Origin: Streptomyces sp. WGS_02
Lineage (GTDB): Bacteria > Actinomycetota > Actinomycetes > Streptomycetales > Streptomycetaceae
Assembly: GCA_040989845.1 (NCBI GenBank)
Contig: JAYMFZ010000004.1
Span: forward strand, 7,399,184-7,431,183
DNA length: 32,000 nucleotides
Reading direction: 5' to 3'
Under the pieces are notes generated by a model. That model made no database searches and had not been told where the DNA came from. It saw nothing but the letters and a program-made list of their open reading frames with translations. How positions within the stretch are numbered: position 1 is the stretch's first letter; the number at the start of each line of letters is the position of its first letter. The translations under genes and the position numbers were made by a program. This document shows, one piece after another, positions 26,220 through 32,000 of the stretch.

Positions 26220-27879
26220 GGGCAGTGCCCGGTGGTCCAGCTTGTCGTTGGCGGTACGGGGCAGCGCCCCCAGCAGCGTCACGGTCGCGGGGACCATGTG
26301 CTCGGGCAGTGCGGCGGCCAGGTGGTCGCGCAGCTCGCCCGGTCCGGGCGGCGTGGCGGCGTCCTTCGTCGGTACGGCGTAGGCCAGCAGTCGCTTGCCG
26401 TGGCCGGTGTCGCGGGCGATGACGGCGGCCGCGGCGACCTGGGGGTGGGCGGCCAGCCGGGCCTGGATCTCCCCGAGTTCGATGCGGAAGCCGCGGATCT
26501 TCACCTGGTCGTCGCCGCGGCCCAGGAACTCCAGCGTGTGGTCGGCGCGGCGGCGCACCAGGTCGCCCGTGCGGTACATGCGCCCCCGGGCTCGCCGTGC
26601 GGCGCGCCGAACGGGTCCGCGACGAACCGCTCGGCGCTCAGGTCGGGGCGGCCCAGATAGCCGAGGGCCAGGCAGGCCCCCGCGACATACAGCTCACCCG
26701 TCACACCGGCGGGCACGGGACGGAGGGAGGAGTCCAGGACGTAGACGCGTGAGCCGCGCACGGGGCGGCCGTCGGGACGGGCGGCGGTCTCGCCCGGTAC
26801 CCAGTAGTAGGCGTCGACCGTCGTCTCGGTCGGCCCGTAGAGGTTGACCGGGTGGACGGCAACCGCCTCGGTCAGCCGTTCCCACAGGGCCGGGGGGACG
26901 GTCTCCCCGCCGACCACGATGTGGGCCGGGTGGTGGCGGCCGTCGTCCAGCAGTCCTTCGGCGAGCAGCGCTTCGGCGTAGGAGGGGTGACATCGAGATA
27001 GTCGACCAGGTGCGCGTCGACATACGCGGTGAGGGCAGCCGGGTCCCGGTAGGCGGCGTCGTCCAGCAGATGCAGTTCGTGCCCGTGGACCATCCACAGC
27101 AGCGGGTCCCAGGACGCGTCGAAGGCGAACGAGGCGCTGTGCGCGACCCGCAGGCGCTCCTGGCCGGTCCGTGCCACGGCCGGGGCGATGTGGTCCGTGC
27201 CGTGCCCGGCGCAGAGGTTGGCGAGCGAGGCGTGGCTGACGAGGACGCCCTTGGGGCGGCCCGTGGAACCGGAGGTGTGGATGAGATAGGCGGGGTCACC
27301 GAGCGCGGGCCCGGCGGGCGGCGGCCCGTCGGGGCAGGCGGCCAGGGCGTCGGCCGTGGCGGGCGCGTCGAGTGCGACCGTCCGCAGCCCGTGGTCGGGC
27401 AGCGCGGCGAGCGTCTGCGCCGTGCCGATCACGCACAGCGGGCGCGCGTCCTCCAGAACGGCCAGGGTGCGGGCTGCGGGGTGGCCGAGATCGAGCGGCT
27501 GGCAGACCAGGCCCGCCTTGAGCACGGCCAGCAGCGCGACGACCATGTCGGCGGTCCGGGGCAGCGCCCACGCCACCGTGCCGCCCGCGCCTTCGGCGTC
27601 ACCGGCGGCGCCCGGCCGGCCGGAGGCGCCGAGTCCGGCCAGCAGGTGGGCCAGGCGGTCGGAGGCGGCGTCCAGTTCGGCGAAGGTGAGCCGGGCCCCG
27701 GGCGCGGCGGCCCCCTCGGTGGCGCCCGTTCCCTGCCCCGTACGCGTGACAGCCCCGGCGTCCGCTCCGGAGCCGGCCTCCGAGTGCGCGCCCCGGAACG
27801 TGCCCGCCACGGTGGAGCGCACGGCGACGGCATCGGGCGTCCGGGCCGCCTGCGCGGTGAACGACCGGGGAAGGGGGAG
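26220..27879 (-). other. NRPS domain: adenylation domain A1 (acidic pocket, basic amino acid predicted)
   Basis: Motifs [76 protein letters not shown]. It contains two of the frameshifts and two low-complexity insertions. Confidence 0.8.
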
Positions 27880-27885
27880 TGCGGC

Positions 27886-29226
27886 GGCGGGTTCGGTGCG
27901 TCCGGACGTGGCCGCGCGCACCTGGTCGCCGGTGAGCAGGTCCAGGGTGCCGATCGGCCGTGCCGGGTCGGTCAGCAGCAGTTCGGCCAGCCCGGCCAGA
28001 TAGTGCAGCCAGGTGGCCTCGTGGGCGGCGAGGTCCTCGGGCCCGTACGCGGCGGGGTCGGCGTCCAGGGTGAGCCGCAGCCCTCCGTCCGGGCCGGGGG
28101 CCGCGCCGACCGCGAGCCCTTCCACGGGCCCGGCGGCGAGATTGCGCACGGTGCCGGTGGTCCCGGCGAAGTCCAGGGCGCCGTCGAACGGCTTGACGTT
28201 GACCAGCGGGCCGGTCAGCGGGGTCTCGGCCGACTCCAGAGCGAGATCGCGGCGCAGGTCCGCCTGCGGATAACGCTGGTGGCGGCGGACCTCACGGATC
28301 TCCAGGACCACCCGGCGCAGCAGCTCGGCCCCGGTGTCACCCGGGCGCACGGCGATCCGCAGCGGCAGGACGTTCACGGTCATGGCCGGGGTGCGCAGGG
28401 CCGAGGGCCCGCGCCGGTTGCTCAGCGGCAGGCCCAGCACCACGTCCTCGGCGCCGGTGAGCCGGTGCAGATGCCCCGCGGTCGCGGCCACCACCAGCTC
28501 CGCCCAGGTCGCCTTCGCCGCACGCGCCGCCGAGGACAGCCGCTCCAGGGTCTCGGCGGGGAGATCGGTGCTCCGGTGCGGGCCACCACCGTCCGCCGCC
28601 TCCCCGGCGAGTGCGGCGGCAGGGGAGCGGCGGGGCACCGCCACGGCGGAGCCCGCCATGCGCGCCGACCAGAACGCCCGGTCCGCCGCGTACTCCTCAC
28701 CGGCCAGATACGCGGCCTCCTGCTCGGTCAGCTCGCTCAGCGGGGCGAACCGGCTCTCGGGCAGCGGCTCTTCGGCCACCAGCGCCCGGTAGAGCTCGGC
28801 GACGCGCTGCCCGATGAGGGAGAGGGCGTAGGCGTCGACGGCTATGTGGTGCACGCGCTGGTACCAGCGGTGGCGCCCCTCGCCGACCCGGATCAGCGCC
28901 TGCGTCATCAGCGAACCGTCGGCGGCGAGGTCCACCGGCCGCTCCAGGTCCTCCCGCATCCACGCCTCGGCCTCGGCCTCGGTCATCTCCAGCCGGTGCA
29001 CCACGGGTTCGGCGGCGGGCACGATCCGCTGCACCGGCACCCCGTCTCTCTCCGTCACACGCAGGGCGAGCGTCTCGGCCTCGCCCACCGCCCGTCTCAG
29101 CGCCGCGACGAAGAGGCCGGCGTCCAGCGGCCCGTCGATCTCCACACAGTCCGCCGTGTTGAACTCGGTGCCGAGGGACGCCAGCTGGTGCGCGTAGTAG
29201 ATGCCCGACTGGGCTGTCAGAAGGGG
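27886..29226 (-). other. NRPS domain: starter condensation domain (C1)
   Basis: PLLTAQSGIYYAHQL N-terminal motif and HHIAVDAY (HHxxxD) active-site motif. Approximate borders. Confidence 0.75.
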
Positions 29227-29356
29227 AGTCCGGGGGAGGGTGCGCCGCCGGAGTGCGCTGCCGAAGTGCTGGTCGGGCGGTTCGGACGCTCATGCATGTG
29301 GGTGACGACTCCCCTGAAGACAACGGACACCGGGCCAACAGGCACGCGGCGCACAC

Positions 29357-29375
29357 TTAGGTAAGGCTAAGTTAA
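29357..29375. promoter_or_regulatory. iron box in the divergent NRPS / M20 amidohydrolase promoter region
   Basis: TTAGGTAAGGCTAAGTTAA matches 15/19 of TTAGGTTAGCCTAACCTAA, followed by a further half-site-like TTAACCTAT. It sits in the lowest-GC patch of the intergenic region. Confidence 0.6.
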
Positions 29376-29433
29376 CCTATTTCCGACAGTGCAGGCGACC
29401 GCCCCGGGGCGGTCCGGAACGCCAGGAGAGCCC

Positions 29434-30627
29434 ATGACCGTCCCCGCAGCCCCACGCCCCGAGACACGGGCCGCCGAGGTGGCCGACCACGGGCTCGACG
29501 AGCGGGCCCGCGCTCTCAGGGCCGCCGTGCGGGAGGCGGTCGGCACCCACGCCCCGGCCCTGATCGACCTCAGCAGGCGCCTGCACGCCGAACCCGAGAC
29601 CGCCTTCGAGGAGCACAGGTCCGCCGCGCTCTGCGCCGAACTCCTCGCCGCGCACGGCTTCGAGGTCACGGCACCCGCCCACGGCCTGGACACGGCGTTC
29701 CGCGCCACGATCGGCTCCGGACCGGTCACCGTGGCCATCGCCTGCGAGTACGACGCGCTGCCCGGCCTCGGCCACGCCTGCGGGCACAACCTGATCGCCG
29801 CCGCCGGAGTCGGCGCGGCCCTCGGCCTCGCCCCCCACGCGGACGAACTCGGCCTGACCGTACGGGTCATCGGCACCCCCGCCGAGGAGCGCGGAGCCGG
29901 CAAGGCGCTGCTGCTGGACGCCGGGGCGTTCGACGGGGTCGACGCCGCGATGATGGTGCACCCCTGCCCCTTCGAGATGGCCGACTTCCGCTCCTTCGCG
30001 CTCGGCACCCTCGACGTCACCTACACCGGCCGCGCCGCGCACCCCAGCCTCAACCCGCACGAGGGCCGCAACGCCGCCGACGCCCTGACCGTCGCCCAGG
30101 TCGCCCTGGGCCTCCTGCGCCAGCAACTTCCCCCGCAGTGGCGGGTGCACGGCATCACCACCGCCGCCGGGACCGCGCCCAACGCGATACCCGACCGGGC
30201 CACCGCCACCTACGAGATACGGGCGCTGGCCGCCGAGGATCTGAGGGAGCTGCGGCAGCGGGTCGAGGACTGCTTCCGCGCCGGGGCGCTCGCCACCGGC
30301 TGCGAAGTGACCCTGGAGCGACCCGAGCCCGACTACCTGGACTTCCGGGGGGACCCGGAACTCATCCGCCTCTGGACCGCCAACGCCCGGGAGCTGGGCC
30401 GCGCCGAACCGGTCGAGCGCCCGCCGTTCGCCTGCACCGACATGGGCAACGTCTCGCACGCGGTGCCGTCCATCCACCCGGTGCTCGACATCAGCGGGGG
30501 ATCCTGCGGCCCGCACGAGGCCGCGTTCGCCGAGGCGGCGATCTCCCCGGCGGCCGAACAGGCCCTGCTGGACGGGGCGGTGGGCATGGCATGGACGGCC
30601 GCCGACTTTGCCGCCGCCAGGATCTGA
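29434..30627 (+). CDS. M20D-family amidohydrolase/metallopeptidase
   Basis: ORF 29389..30627. ATG 29434 is preceded by AGGAGAG (GTG 29389 is an alternative). Motifs LHAEPETAFEE, GLGHACGHNLIAAAG and GTPAEE, typical of the M20 amidohydrolase (hippuricase/ILR1-like) subfamily. Confidence 0.82.
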   Translation: MTVPAAPRPETRAAEVADHGLDERARALRAAVREAVGTHAPALIDLSRRLHAEPETAFEEHRSAALCAELLAAHGFEVTAPAHGLDTAFRATIGSGPVTVAIACEYDALPGLGHACGHNLIAAAGVGAALGLAPHADELGLTVRVIGTPAEERGAGKALLLDAGAFDGVDAAMMVHPCPFEMADFRSFALGTLDVTYTGRAAHPSLNPHEGRNAADALTVAQVALGLLRQQLPPQWRVHGITTAAGTAPNAIPDRATATYEIRALAAEDLRELRQRVEDCFRAGALATGCEVTLERPEPDYLDFRGDPELIRLWTANARELGRAEPVERPPFACTDMGNVSHAVPSIHPVLDISGGSCGPHEAAFAEAAISPAAEQALLDGAVGMAWTAADFAAARI

Positions 30628-30641
30628 GAGCGGGACCCACG

Positions 30642-30683
30642 CCGTACGGCCCGGACCGGGAGCTCCCGGACCGGGCCGCACGG
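30642..30683. terminator. palindromic stem-loop between convergent amidohydrolase and binding-protein genes
   Basis: CCGTACGGCCCGGACCGGGAG (30642-30662) / CTCCCGGACCGGGCCGCACGG (30663-30683): 21-nt arms with 2 mismatches, centred on GAGCTC. Confidence 0.5.
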
Positions 30684-30702
30684 CGCTGCCGTCACCCGGA
30701 GG

Positions 30703-31710
30703 TCACTCGGCGGAGAGCGCCTTGACGTAGTCGGCCAGGACGACGTCCGCCGCGAGCGGGCCGCCGCGCGTGGACCACACCGAGCCGTCGACGGTCACGG
30801 CCTGACCGTTCTTGACGGCTCCCAGCTCCTTGTAGGCGGGCTTGGACTGGACGTCCTTGAGCGCCTTCTCGCCGTCCGAGGTCAGCGTCGAGAGGAACAG
30901 CCAGTCGCCGTCGATCTCGTTGATCTTCTCCAGGCTCAGCGACGGCGTGTGCGCGTTGCCGTCCTTGTCCTGGGACTTGGGCCGCTTCAGCCCCATCTCC
31001 AGGGCGACGCCACTGGCGAACTGCTTGTTCTCCATCCAGCTGGGACCGTCCGGGTTCCAGCGGACGATGGAGACCTCGGCGCCCTTGTTCTTCCCGAGCT
31101 TCTCCCCGGCGGCCTTGGCGGCGGCCTCGTGGTCGGTGATGAACTTGTTGGCCGCGTCGAGCTTGTTGACCGCGTTGCCGACACCCCGGAAGAACAGCTT
31201 CCAGTCATCGGTCGGCGCCATCGTCACCAGCGTTGCCGGGGTGATCTCCCGCAGCTGCTTCAGCACCTGCTCGTCCTGCATGTCGCCGGCGAGGATCAGG
31301 TCGGGCTTCGCGGCGACGACCTTGTCCATGACCGGCTGGAGGAGGTTGCCCACGACGTTGACGCCCTCGACCTTGTCCGCCAGGTAGGCCGGCGGCTTGT
31401 CCAGGCCCTGCCCGTTGGTGATGCCGACCGGCTTGATGTCCAGCGCCAGCACCGCGTCCAGGTCCTCCTGGGTCAGCGTGACGATGCGCTTGGGCTCCGC
31501 CGGTATCTCCACGGCCTTGCCGGTGGCGTCCTTGACCGTACGGGTCGCGGAGGAGGTGCTGTCCGCCTTGCCGGCCTTCTCCCCGGAGGACTTGCCCGAG
31601 TCGGAGTCCGTCCCGCAGGCCGTCAGGAGGAGGGTGGCGGCGCCGAGCGCGGCGACGGCTTGCGCCGCTCTTCGGACGGCGGTGCGGGCGGGGCGGCTGT
31701 GCAGGTTCAT
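30703..31710 (-). CDS. siderophore-binding lipoprotein (ABC substrate-binding protein, FhuD/FepB class)
   Basis: ORF 30703..31836. ATG 31710 lies 8 nt after GGAG. Signal peptide with lipobox LLTAC. PBP motif RIVTLTQEDLDAVLALDIKPVG. Confidence 0.88.
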   Translation of the reverse strand: MNLHSRPARTAVRRAAQAVAALGAATLLLTACGTDSDSGKSSGEKAGKADSTSSATRTVKDATGKAVEIPAEPKRIVTLTQEDLDAVLALDIKPVGITNGQGLDKPPAYLADKVEGVNVVGNLLQPVMDKVVAAKPDLILAGDMQDEQVLKQLREITPATLVTMAPTDDWKLFFRGVGNAVNKLDAANKFITDHEAAAKAAGEKLGKNKGAEVSIVRWNPDGPSWMENKQFASGVALEMGLKRPKSQDKDGNAHTPSLSLEKINEIDGDWLFLSTLTSDGEKALKDVQSKPAYKELGAVKNGQAVTVDGSVWSTRGGPLAADVVLADYVKALSAE

Positions 31711-31791
31711 CAAGGGCTCCGGGTTCAACGGGACATGAAGCGTCGACGGCCGTACGGTCACGCGCGGGCGGCCGTCGGCTCGTGAGCGAGC

Positions 31792-31810
31792 TAAGGTTAG
31801 CCTTACTTTA
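31792..31810. promoter_or_regulatory. iron-box-like operator in the divergent SBP / ATPase promoter region
   Basis: TAAGGTTAGCCTTACTTTA matches 15/19 of the consensus and contains TACTTT (TAnnnT). Confidence 0.5.
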
Positions 31811-31859
31811 GCCCCATCGGGCAAAATGCTGTCCAAGTCCTTCGGAAAGGCCGGTCTCC

Positions 31860-32000
31860 GTGGAAATCCGTGTCGAACAGCTCACCGCTGGATACGCCGG
31901 TCATACCGCCGTGGATCAGGTCGACCTGACGGTTCCCTCCGGTCAGGTCGTGGCGATCGTCGGCCCCAACGGCTGCGGCAAATCGACCCTCCTGCGTTCC
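31860..32000 (+). CDS. iron-siderophore ABC transporter ATP-binding protein (3' end outside window)
   Basis: GTG 31860 after GGAAAGG. It translates VEIRVEQLTAGYAGHTAVDQVDLTVPSGQVVAIVGPNGCGKSTLLRS, with Walker A GPNGCGKST. The frame is open to the window end. Confidence 0.85.
   Translation, partial: MEIRVEQLTAGYAGHTAVDQVDLTVPSGQVVAIVGPNGCGKSTLLRS

Larger units (their letters stand above)
21900..29297 (-). pseudogene. bimodular non-ribosomal peptide synthetase C-A-T-C-A-T-TE (catechol-peptide siderophore synthetase), split into frame segments by three 1-nt frameshifts in this sequence
   Basis: Track ORFs 26872..29145, 26501..27097 and 21900..26579 carry consecutive, non-redundant NRPS sequence. 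Frame switches map to G4 run 26984-26987 (DVTP|SYAEALL) and C5 run 26583-26587 (GEPGG|RMYRTGD). The C-domain frame has no start codon after the TGA at 29290-29292. ATG 29297 or 29293 lies in other frames, which implies a third indel, probably in G5 run 29232-29236. All core motifs are intact after correction. This may correspond to griE of the griseobactin cluster. Confidence 0.9.

Noticed and set aside
21900-29297. Programmed ribosomal frameshifting, or a genuinely split multi-subunit NRPS, as the explanation for the frame breaks
   Set aside because: The breaks fall inside A-domain core sequence rather than at domain or docking boundaries. They lack slippery-heptamer and pseudoknot context, and all sit in G/C runs, as does the break in the unrelated pgm gene. 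A technical indel is the simplest explanation.
21882-29364. Long plus-strand ORFs (21882..26660, 1592 aa; 27010..29364, 784 aa) opposite the NRPS
   Set aside because: Antisense shadow ORFs. All NRPS core motifs are on the minus strand.
31826-31859. ATG 31826 as the start of the ABC ATPase
   Set aside because: It is in a different frame from the Walker-A-containing frame. GTG 31860, with an upstream GGAAAGG, gives the expected N-terminus VEIRVEQLTAGY.
1-32000. Genomic-island signatures: tRNA/tmRNA genes, integrases, transposases, IS ends, flanking direct repeats, an abrupt GC drop
   Set aside because: None seen by eye. The only lower-GC patches are short promoter regions carrying iron boxes or the aceA leader. 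The siderophore cluster is flanked on the left by ordinary core genes.
1-32000. In-frame TTA (bldA-dependent) codons in the called genes
   Set aside because: The TTA/TAA trinucleotides I spotted inside genes fall out of frame (e.g. 8571-8573 is TAT TAC; 22114-22116 and 28271-28273 are TAC/TAT plus the next codon) or are stop codons. The check was done by eye and is not exhaustive.

Overview
Very GC-rich, Streptomyces-like chromosomal DNA with strong G/C third-position bias. All calls rest on reading the six-frame track and the DNA by eye; no searches were run.

Left third (1-11.4 kb), mostly core metabolism:
- A 5'-truncated secreted protein with prenyltransferase-like repeats and a DUF4430-like domain.
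- A RamB/PrpR-type regulator divergent from an aceA-aceB-hbd glyoxylate-shunt operon.
- A GH18 chitinase behind a textbook chi/dre-box promoter.
- A phosphoglucomutase broken by a 1-nt homopolymer frameshift.
- An uncharacterised protein of about 420 aa.

Right two thirds (11.6-32 kb), a complete iron-box-controlled catechol-peptide siderophore cluster:
- dhbA-dhbC-dhbE-dhbB plus a free-standing aryl carrier protein.
- A fused FhuB-like permease plus a Fes-type esterase.
- An NRPS (C-A-T-C-A-T-TE)-MbtH-MFS exporter operon.
- An M20 amidohydrolase, a lipoprotein siderophore-binding protein, and a 3'-truncated ABC ATPase.

Gene order and the A-domain pockets (an acidic pocket, then DFWNVGMVHK = Thr) fit the published griseobactin type (DHB-Arg-Thr). 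The dominant system is therefore probably a known family. I did not find a clearly unprecedented system.

Points worth a second look:
- Four single-base homopolymer frameshifts (three in the NRPS, one in pgm), which look like sequencing or assembly errors.
- Low-complexity insertions in the first A domain.
- A tandem 19-bp repeat plus a GC hairpin at the dhb operon end, abutting the orphan protein gene.
- A CU-rich anti-SD-like spacer inside the dhb operon.
- Importer genes split over three iron-box promoters, with a possibly leaderless permease start.

No tRNA, rRNA, CRISPR, transposase or integrase signatures were seen.
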